A DNA stretch of 40,719 nt from contig PRDH01000030.1 in NCBI GenBank assembly GCA_003345545.1, forward strand, positions 1-40,719, in the 5' to 3' direction. Below are positions 19,215 through 27,840 of the stretch, in pieces. The stretch's first letter is position 1; each line of letters opens with the position of its first letter. The notes beneath the pieces are model-generated. The model had not been told where the DNA came from. It did not search any database and saw only the letters and a program-made list of their open reading frames with translations. The DNA comes from Candidatus Thorarchaeota archaeon (GTDB lineage Archaea > Asgardarchaeota > Thorarchaeia > Thorarchaeales > Thorarchaeaceae). A program made the translations under genes and the position numbers.

Positions 19215-20651
19215 ATGTCCGGGCCCAAGAAGAAGTACACTCCACGAGGGTATCAAACCTATATCCTTGATAGGGTCAGTGAACTGAAGGGCACACCAGT
19301 CCTTTTGGAGCTGGACTGCGGGCTTGGAAAGCGATTCATCACTCATCAAATTGTGGCGCAACGATTCCCTGCCACGGGGATTCTCATTGTTGTGCATTCG
19401 TCCTCTTCCCTAGCCGAAACTATTGACTATCTAAAGGGCGAGTATGGTGGAATTGAAGATGACCTCGGCGAACTCTCCTCCCGAGTACAATCAGGTCGTC
19501 GCATTCGCGAGCTTCGCGAGAAACGGGTAATTGTAACAACACCTCAGGTTCTAGCCTCCATGTTTCAGAAGGAACCTTCTTTGTTTGATAGATTCCAAAT
19601 TGTACTAATCAATGAGGTGGACACACTTGTAAGGCGCACCAGTGGAAAATCGGCTCTTGTCTTTCCCTGGGCACCTCTTCTTTCATTTCTGAAGGGAAAA
19701 TGGATCATTGGCATGAGTGGAACCCTTAGGGATGATCATGCAGTATTCACGAGAGAGCAAATCGTGATACGTGATGAGCTCGCTACTCTACGGGAGTATA
19801 TTCCGGGTGCAGAACTCATCACAATGGAAGACCTCTACGATACGGATGTCGAAGACTTTCTTGAACCGACTTTTCTCACAGTAAGCAGGGTCACAGATTA
19901 TGAAATACGCTCGATCTCAAAGGTCATAGACGAGCTGATTCGCGACACCCGAAATGAGATAATGAAGGAACTGGCAGCAGAGGACAATCTTGAGATGGTC
20001 GCTGGCGATGCTCGGAGAGTACATCTGCTCTTAGAACGGCTCCCGGTGACAGAGGAGCTAAAGGGCAGATACTCAGGGCTCCTGATGTTGCGAAAGTACA
20101 TATACGCCATGCCCCCGAAGCAGTTTCTACGCATGTTCTATGGCGACTATCTGAAACACTATTTCAACATCAGTGACTTGAAGCGTGCTCTTCCATCTGT
20201 TTCAGCCAAGACAACTCGAGTACTGAAGATTGCTATCGAACATAACAAAACGCTTGTGCTGACTTCGTACCTTGAAATGGTTTCACAGGTCAAGGATGTC
20301 CTTAAGAAAGCAGGCCTATCTGTGCTTGCAATCACAGGGCAGACTCGTGATAAGGGAGAGATACTACGCTCATTCAGAGAAGATGCGGGCAAAAGTGTGC
20401 TTGTTATGTCGCCCGTAGGTGAGCGTGACTTGGACATCCCTCATGCTGAAGTAATGATTGTCTGCGACTCGATCAACACAACGAAGACAATGTATCAGAA
20501 GTTCAAGAGAACCAGAGGTGGTCTTGTTGTACTGCTTGCGTACTCAGGCACCTCTGAGGAGAGGAAGGTCCAGAAGCTGATGGAACGGATCCTGACTCGT
20601 TACCCTTGGTCTACATCTATTATCGAGTCTTCTGGGAGCGAGCTGGAATAG
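19215..20651 (+). CDS. SF2 helicase-like protein (Hef/FANCM/ERCC4-like) with degenerate motifs
   Basis: PRGYQ Q-motif, LDCGLGKR, VTTPQV, INEVD, GMSGT, VGERDLDIP, YQKFKRT. The ATG at 19215 is preferred as start. Confidence 0.75.
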   Translation: MSGPKKKYTPRGYQTYILDRVSELKGTPVLLELDCGLGKRFITHQIVAQRFPATGILIVVHSSSSLAETIDYLKGEYGGIEDDLGELSSRVQSGRRIRELREKRVIVTTPQVLASMFQKEPSLFDRFQIVLINEVDTLVRRTSGKSALVFPWAPLLSFLKGKWIIGMSGTLRDDHAVFTREQIVIRDELATLREYIPGAELITMEDLYDTDVEDFLEPTFLTVSRVTDYEIRSISKVIDELIRDTRNEIMKELAAEDNLEMVAGDARRVHLLLERLPVTEELKGRYSGLLMLRKYIYAMPPKQFLRMFYGDYLKHYFNISDLKRALPSVSAKTTRVLKIAIEHNKTLVLTSYLEMVSQVKDVLKKAGLSVLAITGQTRDKGEILRSFREDAGKSVLVMSPVGERDLDIPHAEVMIVCDSINTTKTMYQKFKRTRGGLVVLLAYSGTSEERKVQKLMERILTRYPWSTSIIESSGSELE

Positions 20652-20772
20652 TCAAGAGCAGTATGCACGCAGATGGTTCCTGTTGTTTCAAGCGGGAATA
20701 CCTGTTGTCCCTTGACCAACAGTCATCATGTGATTGGATCAGTCGAAGATGAGCACCGAAGGTCTGCTATGT

Positions 20773-21684
20773 CTAGCCTTCAGTCACGAATGCCGTGGCA
20801 AAGAGGTCAAACAGTTTCTCCAGATATCTCGTATCCAGTTTGCTGTAGACATACTTGCACATATCAATGAAGCGTGTGGCCCTTTCGTCTGCGTACTCCC
20901 CAATTCCGATTATGCTTCTGGTTCTCTTCGAGAGCTCCCTGACGACGCCCTTGTGAGTGCTATCCTCTCCGAAGACTTTCGCGGTTTCCTGCTCAATCCT
21001 CTGTAGAACACTCTTGGTGCGGATGTCAGATATGTCATCACTACCGAAGCTCTTCACGAGGTCCATAATCACATCTAGGATGCCATTGTGCAATCCTGCT
21101 ACCAAGGCTTCAATCTCAAAGGCGGTGAATTTAACTGTGCCTTCATCGCTCTGGAGTTGCCACTTCAGATCGCTTGTTCTGGTGATGCTAATCCTCTTTT
21201 GTCCTACTATGATTACCTCATCGTAGTATCGTGAATCGATGCTGCTTTGAACTGAGGTCTTGAGGATTGCAGTTTCAGGAAGTCTCAGTTTTATTGTGTT
21301 TCCCCCATTTGTAACTACAAGACAGACGCCTTGTGATGGAGGGATTTTCTTAACGTAGTCTGATGGTGGAGCAACTTGCACTGGCGGCAGATGCCTCAGT
21401 TTCCCAGCGAGTTCCCGTATCTCGGGTTCTGTGCAGATGTATGACTGCCTATCTCCAGAGATGGTGATCATCCCATCATCTGCACGCACAAAATCAATCT
21501 TGTTGCCTCCGCCCACATTCGTGGTCTTGATATAGGTCTGCTTGTGATTTCGTGCAGTCTGCGCTAGTTTCTCTAATGCAGCAGCAATCATGTGAGCCTC
21601 GCCAAATCCCATTGTGATTTCAGTGTCACCTTCAGTACCGCGGCCGATACCAAGTGACCCATCCGTGCGAATTTTCACGTACAT
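20773..21684 (-). CDS. Hypothetical protein with four beta-strands-plus-helix repeats and a helical C-terminus
   Basis: Long ORF with protein-like composition and internal repeats ending xxExxxLxxxL. The ATG at 21684 is preferred. Confidence 0.7.
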   Translation of the reverse strand: MYVKIRTDGSLGIGRGTEGDTEITMGFGEAHMIAAALEKLAQTARNHKQTYIKTTNVGGGNKIDFVRADDGMITISGDRQSYICTEPEIRELAGKLRHLPPVQVAPPSDYVKKIPPSQGVCLVVTNGGNTIKLRLPETAILKTSVQSSIDSRYYDEVIIVGQKRISITRTSDLKWQLQSDEGTVKFTAFEIEALVAGLHNGILDVIMDLVKSFGSDDISDIRTKSVLQRIEQETAKVFGEDSTHKGVVRELSKRTRSIIGIGEYADERATRFIDMCKYVYSKLDTRYLEKLFDLFATAFVTEG

Positions 21685-22010
21685 TTTTTCAACCCATGAA
21701 ATGGATGTGCACAATGCAGAAAACTGTTGTCATTACAGTCCGGTCTTGATTCTTGCTAACTATACACACAACAAGAGTGCAATGTTGAGCATGGACAATG
21801 CAGAATGACTATCGACAGTCTGTCTGACAGTGAACAGGAACTCATCGTCTAATCCTTTGTAGAGCCAGAGAAGAAGAGAATAGTCATTGTCCCTATATCC
21901 ATCAGCCACATTGTTTTGCTCGTGATGAATCTGCCTATCTTCTTCCAACTTGATAGGGCATCCTAAATAGAGTGGATTGCAGAGGCTTCTTTGTCCCCTG
22001 CAATTATGTC

Positions 22011-22370
22011 CTAAATTGAGTCCGTGACATCAAAGGCGAGCTTTCCAACTTCCTTCGTTGTAAGTGATATGTCTATCTTGTGGTCTCCAGCCGGAAGTGT
22101 GGCTCCCTTGACATGAATCGAAATATCCAGTCCGACCTTGATTGGGAATGATTTCTTCTCAGAGATCTCGCTTCCGGTCACCTTGCCATCAGATGAACTG
22201 ATGATTGTTGCATCAAGGGGGTACTCTGTTCCATTGACTTTGATGGGTTCAATGTGGATAGCCGTGCCTGACGATATTGTGTTCTTCAGTTTGAACGTGA
22301 AACCATCACCGTCATTCTTGAGGCTTCCTTTTATGTAGAGTTTCCTTAGGAGAAATGTAGGTATCTGCAT
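22011..22370 (-). CDS. Conserved hypothetical beta-sandwich protein
   Basis: MQIPTFLLRKLYIKGSLKN N-terminus, all-beta pattern, GGAGG upstream of the ATG at 22370. Confidence 0.7.
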   Translation of the reverse strand: MQIPTFLLRKLYIKGSLKNDGDGFTFKLKNTISSGTAIHIEPIKVNGTEYPLDATIISSSDGKVTGSEISEKKSFPIKVGLDISIHVKGATLPAGDHKIDISLTTKEVGKLAFDVTDSI

Positions 22371-22608
22371 TTTTATTGCCTCCAACTGACTCTGATGTCT
22401 AATCTGTGTATCTTTTATAAGTTCCGCAACTCGATATTGAGGCGTGCAGTTACAGTGCGATGATGTGCTGCTCACCCTTTTTATGTTAAGTCATCAGTTC
22501 TGAATGATTTCAAGCAAGGAGGATTCGATGGTAGAATGCATGTACAAAAGATATAAAGTGTCAGTCATCGACAGAATACAAGGCTCTTCAATCTGAGGTG
22601 AAGCAAAA

Positions 22609-22977
22609 GTGCAGTTTTATCCTTGGGACATTTTCCCGAGCATCTTTGGGACGATCGGTGTGTTTTTCGTAATCATCCCAATCATATTCGTAGTGATTTT
22701 CATCATCATTGCCGCGACGGTCTGTCGAAGTGGTGCTCGCGTGGCAGGAAACGTTGCACGCGGTTTCACCATGGATGCGCCTGCCTTTGTCATTCCAGAG
22801 AATCAGCGCGGGCAGACGAGATCTGATGGCACTGAGATGACTACTGTCCGGCTTCCAGAGAGATGCCCATCTTGCGGTGCCACCATCTCCCAAGGAACAA
22901 TTGACTGGGTTGGCCCCTTGGAGGCAAAATGCAACTACTGTGGTGGCACGCTCAGAGCAAGATTCGAGCGTGTCTAG
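22609..22977 (+). CDS. Membrane-anchored zinc-ribbon protein
   Basis: Long N-terminal hydrophobic helix; CPSCG...CNYCG. Confidence 0.75.
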   Translation: MQFYPWDIFPSIFGTIGVFFVIIPIIFVVIFIIIAATVCRSGARVAGNVARGFTMDAPAFVIPENQRGQTRSDGTEMTTVRLPERCPSCGATISQGTIDWVGPLEAKCNYCGGTLRARFERV

Positions 22978-23159
22978 GCCTTAGAAGAAGACTAGCTGTG
23001 TAATATCCGCGCTCTTAGTCAGCCGTTTTCTTCATACGCCCCTTGCAGATGTGACGCACCCACATAGGCAAAGTATTTGACCGAATGAATCTGACAATGG
23101 TGCAGCGCTGTTGCCCATACGGTGCCCACAACAGGGCTGCACATCTCGAGGAACATCAG

Positions 23160-23441
23160 ATGGCCAATGCTCTCGAAATGCATGATGACGGAACATCAGA
23201 GTCAGTGTGCATCACGCGAAACGGTCTAACATCCGAGCGTGTACTCTGTGTCATTGATGATGAGGGCAAGAACGTCTATTTGTGGCTGGGAAAAGAGGCA
23301 CCGGTTCGAAAGCGGTTTGTGGGAGCACACACTGCAAGTAAACTTCGTGATGAACAGGGCACAGGGTTCCGAGTGCGCTCCCTCGATGAGGGAAGCGAAC
23401 CCCTCCAGTTTTTCAACTCCCTAGAACGCAAGGGCTGCTAG
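23160..23441 (+). CDS. Single-domain gelsolin-like protein (Asgard actin-regulator family)
   Basis: LTSERVLCVID...VYLWLGKEAP...A...L...DEGSEPLQFF matches the gelsolin-repeat consensus (LnSxdvfild...iyvWxG...eGxEpxeF). GAGG lies upstream of the ATG at 23160. Confidence 0.82.
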   Translation: MANALEMHDDGTSESVCITRNGLTSERVLCVIDDEGKNVYLWLGKEAPVRKRFVGAHTASKLRDEQGTGFRVRSLDEGSEPLQFFNSLERKGC

Positions 23442-23504
23442 TATTCGAACATATCCATAAGATTCTATAACCGACTGTGCACAGCTCAATTGAGGTCGTA
23501 GACT

Positions 23505-24548
23505 GTGAGAGCATTGATGAAGACCGCTAGAGGTCCTGGAAATCTCGAACTGAGGGAAATCGAAGAACCTCGCCCCGGAAAGGATGAGGTTTTGATAGAG
23601 GTTGCAGCTGCAGGAATCTGCGGTACCGATGTTCACATCAAACATGACCAGACATTCTATACTCCTCCGATTGTGCTTGGGCATGAGTACTCCGGCAGAG
23701 TCGTGGAAGTCGGAGATGATGTCACAGGGATTGAGGTTGGCGATCTTGTTGTATCTCCTGCAACCGCCTATTGTGGGAAATGCTATCAGTGCAAGACTGG
23801 ACATATGAACAGATGCACCTCGGAGAAGAAACGGATTCTCGGCACATCACTTGCCAATGGGGCTTTCGCGAGGTATCTCACTGTACCTGAGTACATCATT
23901 CACAAGATCCCCAAGGGCGTCGCCCTGAAGGAGGCGGCAATGGCTGAGCCTACAGCTTGCGTCGTACATTCAGTCATCGAAAAGTCTCCAATCACTCCCG
24001 GAGATGTAGTTGTGGTGCAGGGGCCCGGAACTATGGGTCTACTTGCAGTTCAAGTTGCCAAGGCTATGGGCGCTGGAAAAGTCATAGTGACGGGGGTTTC
24101 TGCTGACCAGTGGCGCTTCGATATTGCAAAGAAGATTGGTGTTGACTTGACGCTCAATGTCCAGCTTGATCCTGACCCCGTCAAGACAATCAAGGAAGAA
24201 ACCGATGGCCGTGGTGCTGATGTTGTCATCGAAGCGTCAGGAGCATGTATTGCATGCAATCAGGCCCTTGACTTTGTCAAAGTCGCCGGTCATGTCACTC
24301 TTCTCGGAATCCGTGGACAGCCACTCGATATTGACCTTGATGCTATTGCATTGAAAGAACTTACGATGTCTGGTACCTGGGGAACACTTCCATCAACATG
24401 GGTCACGACGCTCCGTCTGATGGCATCCAAGAAGGTCAAGGTGGCTCCACTAATCACACACAGGATCTCCCTTGATCTCTGGGAAGAGGGTTTCGATCTG
24501 ATGGAGAAACAGAAAGCTATCAAAGTCCTCTTCACTAAATTCGACTAA
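23505..24548 (+). CDS. Zn-dependent medium-chain dehydrogenase (sorbitol/threonine/butanediol dehydrogenase-like)
   Basis: GICGTD, GHEYSG, CGKCYQC...C structural Zn site, GPGTMG Rossmann motif. Confidence 0.9.
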   Translation: MRALMKTARGPGNLELREIEEPRPGKDEVLIEVAAAGICGTDVHIKHDQTFYTPPIVLGHEYSGRVVEVGDDVTGIEVGDLVVSPATAYCGKCYQCKTGHMNRCTSEKKRILGTSLANGAFARYLTVPEYIIHKIPKGVALKEAAMAEPTACVVHSVIEKSPITPGDVVVVQGPGTMGLLAVQVAKAMGAGKVIVTGVSADQWRFDIAKKIGVDLTLNVQLDPDPVKTIKEETDGRGADVVIEASGACIACNQALDFVKVAGHVTLLGIRGQPLDIDLDAIALKELTMSGTWGTLPSTWVTTLRLMASKKVKVAPLITHRISLDLWEEGFDLMEKQKAIKVLFTKFD

Positions 24549-24550
24549 GC

Positions 24551-24898
24551 CTACTGTCTTGGAGCCCATGTATCAAGGCAATCTTGAACCACCGAAACGT
24601 ATGAAGCCGCTGGTCCTCCGCCCATGACAACGGCAACTGAGCAAGCCTCCATTACTTCCTCCCGCGTTGCTCCAAGGGTGAGCGCCTGCTTGGTATGGTA
24701 GACGATGCACTCCTCACAGGGAGATAGAACCGATGCCACGATGCATATGATCTCCTTGAATTTGGCAGAGAGTTTTCCGTCCGTATGTACTATCTTCTCA
24801 AGGTCTGTGAAAGCATTCCTGGTATCAGGGATATCTCTGTTCAGGGCGCCAAAATGCTTCATGAAGCTCTTCAATGTCTTCTCAACATCATCTGTCAT
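24551..24898 (-). CDS. AhpD/carboxymuconolactone decarboxylase family protein
   Basis: DGKLSAKFKEII, CEECIVYH (CxxCxxxH), GATREEVMEA, MGGGPA. Confidence 0.88.
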   Translation of the reverse strand: MTDDVEKTLKSFMKHFGALNRDIPDTRNAFTDLEKIVHTDGKLSAKFKEIICIVASVLSPCEECIVYHTKQALTLGATREEVMEACSVAVVMGGGPAASYVSVVQDCLDTWAPRQ

Positions 24899-24913
24899 TG
24901 TTTTATTCCTCGA

Positions 24914-25717
24914 CTACGGCGCAAATGTGGCTGGCGTTCCCAAGTTCCATGAGGGCTGCGTGTATTGTGAATGATATAAAGCCTGTGCAGTATCGATTTC
25001 GCTCTCTGTGGCATGTCCCTCTTTGATTGTGGCTCCTGCCGTTTCTTCCAGCGTTTCGATAATCGCTGCCTGTATCTCATCTGATGATGGACCGTTCTCA
25101 ACTTCGAAACTGATTTTCGTGACCGTGTCATGCTTGCTGTCCATACATCGGATTCTTGTCTTGTCTCTGAGATAGGATTGTTGCCGCTCTGGCGGAGTAA
25201 GACATCTCTGAAGCATATCCAGATCTGAATCGATGAGCAGCGTGCCGTGAATAAACGAGACACCTCGCTTTATCCATCCTGCAGTGCCTGAGATCTTCCT
25301 CCCATCGATTCTGATGCATGAACCCACGGTATCAAACTTGGCTGGAATGTTGAGTGAAACCAGACTCTGTGTCACTATTCCTATGAATGCACGATAGAGT
25401 TCCTTCAAGCCCCTAGGGACATATGGGTGCGATTGATGAAGTCGAAGCGCGAAGTTGAGATTGCCCATATCATGGAATACCGCTCCACCACCTGTGAATC
25501 TTCTGGCAATGGATATGTTGTTATCTCTGCAATACGCTAGGTCAACCTCTCTGTGCACACATTGAAATCTCCCAATCACGACTGCCAGCTGGGATCTCCA
25601 GAATCGAATCGTGTTGAGGGTGTTGTTCTCTCTGAGTTCGGTCTTGGCTATGGCTTCATCCATAGCAAGATTGGAGTAGATATCAAGACCATGGTCATTT
25701 AGTAGTCGCCAAGACAT
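24914..25717 (-). CDS. lplA: Lipoate-protein ligase A family (catalytic domain)
   Basis: NLAMDEA, VVIGRFQ, RRFTGGGAVFHD, RKISGTA, HGTLL. The real start is probably MSWRLL at 25717, not the upstream extension in the ORF track. Confidence 0.88.
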   Translation of the reverse strand: MSWRLLNDHGLDIYSNLAMDEAIAKTELRENNTLNTIRFWRSQLAVVIGRFQCVHREVDLAYCRDNNISIARRFTGGGAVFHDMGNLNFALRLHQSHPYVPRGLKELYRAFIGIVTQSLVSLNIPAKFDTVGSCIRIDGRKISGTAGWIKRGVSFIHGTLLIDSDLDMLQRCLTPPERQQSYLRDKTRIRCMDSKHDTVTKISFEVENGPSSDEIQAAIIETLEETAGATIKEGHATESEIDTAQALYHSQYTQPSWNLGTPATFAP

Positions 25718-25772
25718 ACCGGACCAATGGCTACTATCTCTCATTAATCTGTTGTAGAATAGTGGTATAGCA

Positions 25773-25948
25773 GGCAGAAAGTAGAGCCGATGGCCGAAGG
25801 AAGTTGCTCGCCATCGGCGAAGCGCCTCAGAGCAACAGGTGAGGCAGAGCAGATGTCGTATTCGAGGCTTGGCACGATTGATTCGTGCAATGATGAAGTG
25901 TCGCTTCCTTAATTTAAGGTCCACTTGACTCAGAAGCAGTCTTCTGCC
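25773..25948 (+). ncRNA. Candidate structured RNA with a kissing-loop pseudoknot (family unknown, strand inferred)
   Basis: Hairpins GCCGATGGC/GCCATCGGC and GCCTCA/TGAGGC whose loops GTTGCTC and GAGCAAC are perfectly complementary; further hairpins; ends GGCAGAA/TTCTGCC can pair. Confidence 0.5.
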
Positions 25949-26017
25949 ATTGAATCTCAATTGGCGCAGAGGGTGGGAATCAATAGCGATGTTCCAGTGA
26001 GCATCAGAAAGAGTAGT

Positions 26018-26195
26018 GAGGTTGATTCTGAAAAGAGCATCCAAAGAACGAAACCATTTAGAAGCCAGATGTTTCGTTTTGGGAAACGAACTTCTCCACT
26101 CTCAGTGTGAGGACTTCGTTGACTGTGCAAACTATGACATGGTGTGTCCAAGAGATGCAATTCGATGAAAACATCCGTGTGGACTTTCGGGACAT
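26018..26195 (+). pseudogene. Decayed FixX-like ferredoxin remnant
   Basis: EVDSEKSIQRTKPF [frameshift] ARCFVLGNELLHSQCEDFVDCANYDMVCPRDAIR*KHPCG. This is CxxCxxCxxxCP with two Cys codons changed by one base each (TTC, TAT), and TGA at the conserved Trp position. Confidence 0.5.
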
Positions 26196-26213
26196 CCCAA
26201 AGAACGGATTGAA

Positions 26214-26525
26214 TTAGATGTTATTGCCGCACTCTGGACAAGAACGGGCTCCTGGTCTTACAGAAGTCCCGCAGTAGGGACATGATCTTATTTCTTCTAT
26301 TGGGGCGTTCAGGACAAATCTTCCAGATTTCCTGATGTTATAGAGACCCCCCTCATCTGCATACATCTCGGTGTACCCACAGTCCGCGCATGTGAAGGCT
26401 TCAACGGTTGCAGTTGGTAATCCCGGAAGATCTATTGCCAAGTGATATCCATCACCGCTATGCATCTTGTGTGGACCCGCGATTCTTCTGCTGCCGCATT
26501 TCGGACACTGTTTTGAGTGAATCAT
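26214..26525 (-). CDS. Double zinc-ribbon protein
   Basis: CPKCG...CADCGYTEMY and CPYCG...CPECG. Confidence 0.8.
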   Translation of the reverse strand: MIHSKQCPKCGSRRIAGPHKMHSGDGYHLAIDLPGLPTATVEAFTCADCGYTEMYADEGGLYNIRKSGRFVLNAPIEEIRSCPYCGTSVRPGARSCPECGNNI

Positions 26526-26592
26526 AACTCATCGTACTAGACTGAGTCATGAGGGCAAATAATTCTTCGCAGCAGTCAATCTATTGTGAAGG

Positions 26593-27840
26593 CTACATCT
26601 TCATCATGAATGGGCTCTCGAGGGTGTCTTTCAGGGCTGCTAGGAACAGGCCTGCTGGAGCTCCATCCAACACCCGATGGTCAACTGCACAACTGGCCAT
26701 CATCATTGACCTGATTGCTATCGTGTCATCAACCACAACTGGCTTTTTCTTAATCTGTCCGAGTGCCAGAATGGCGGTTTCTGGTGGATTAATGACTGGA
26801 ATGAACAAGTCCACCTGAAACGGTCCCAGGTTTGACACTGTGAAGGTGCTGCCAGTAAGTTCCTCTGGAGTGAGTTCGTTGCTCTTCGCCTTCTTTCCCT
26901 TTTCCTTCGTTTCAATGGCTATCTCAGTGATTGACTTCTTATTTGCATGTCTGACCGTGACCACGATGAGGCCCTGGTCGGTTGCCATAGCCACGCCAAT
27001 ATTGATATCATCGAATATGATGACGTCATTGCCAGAGAGAGTGGCATTGAATCTTGGAAACTTCTCTAGGGTGTCTGCGACAGCCTTGACGATAATGTCG
27101 TTGAAAGAAACCTTGATTCCATGACTTTTCTCGACTCTCTTATTGAGGTCTTCCCTTAGAGCTGCAGCTTCAGTCATATCAATCTCAGTGATCATGGTGA
27201 TGTGAGGATTCTGAGAACTCTGCGTCATTCTTCTAGCGATGGTCCTTCGAAGAGGGGTGAGTGTTTCAACCATGCGAATCTTCCGTTCATCTAGCACTGT
27301 GACCTGAGTGGTCGCACGCTTCCTTGCAGTCAGATCCTCTTCCACGATTCTCCCATCTGGACCCGTGCCCATCACAATTGATAGATCGATGCCCAGTTCC
27401 TCAGCCTTCTTCTTGGCTCTGGGTGACGCCCTGATTTTCCCTCCTGGAAGACGAGAGAGAGCATACTGTGGCTTTGTCTGAGTGGCTAGAGCTTGTTTGG
27501 CAGCTATACTGCTTGGCACTAGTATCTTTGCTGGAGTGGCAGCAGTTGTTGCAGCGTTTAGCTTCTTCGGTCGAGTATCAGGGATTGCTTCTCCTTCTTT
27601 ACCGATGAATGCGATTGGCTCACTTATCGGGATTTCATCATTGACATCACAGAGAATCTTAAGGAGGATTCCGTCATCCGGCGCTTCAAGTTCGAACTCG
27701 TTCTTCTCTCCGAAAATTTCGACAACCGCGTCGCCTTTCCTGACCTCGTCGCCTTCCTTCTTGAGCCACTTGAGTATCACACCATATTCCATGGCAACAC
27801 TCATTCGCTGCATGATCATGGTCGTGACCATCGTATTCAC
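26593..27840 (-). CDS. Dihydrolipoamide acyltransferase E2 of a 2-oxoacid/acetoin dehydrogenase complex
   Basis: Lipoyl domain (WLKKEGDEV...EK...LEAPDDG), subunit-binding domain ASPRAKKKAEELGIDL...GTGPDGRI, catalytic DHRVLDG. Confidence 0.93.
   Translation of the reverse strand: MNTMVTTMIMQRMSVAMEYGVILKWLKKEGDEVRKGDAVVEIFGEKNEFELEAPDDGILLKILCDVNDEIPISEPIAFIGKEGEAIPDTRPKKLNAATTAATPAKILVPSSIAAKQALATQTKPQYALSRLPGGKIRASPRAKKKAEELGIDLSIVMGTGPDGRIVEEDLTARKRATTQVTVLDERKIRMVETLTPLRRTIARRMTQSSQNPHITMITEIDMTEAAALREDLNKRVEKSHGIKVSFNDIIVKAVADTLEKFPRFNATLSGNDVIIFDDINIGVAMATDQGLIVVTVRHANKKSITEIAIETKEKGKKAKSNELTPEELTGSTFTVSNLGPFQVDLFIPVINPPETAILALGQIKKKPVVVDDTIAIRSMMMASCAVDHRVLDGAPAGLFLAALKDTLESPFMMKM

Noticed and set aside
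21760-21948. 62-aa ORF in the 21.7-22.0 kb gap
   Set aside because: TTG start, no motif and no recognisable family; cannot be supported.
25773-25948. Assignment of the RNA candidate as a lysine or cobalamin riboswitch, SRP RNA, RNase P RNA or hammerhead ribozyme
   Set aside because: A kissing loop and AGUA/GAA are present, but the conserved cores are not (no B12 box, no SRP helix-8 motif, no P4 pairing, no CUGAUGA/GAAA core).
25718-26044. N-terminal ~109-aa extension of LplA in the ORF track
   Set aside because: Not protein-like; LplA homology begins at MSWRLL. The region is better explained by the structured RNA candidate and the ferredoxin remnant.
26166-26168. TGA read as selenocysteine in the ferredoxin-like remnant
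   Set aside because: The TGA aligns with a conserved Trp, not a Cys, and the other lesions indicate decay.
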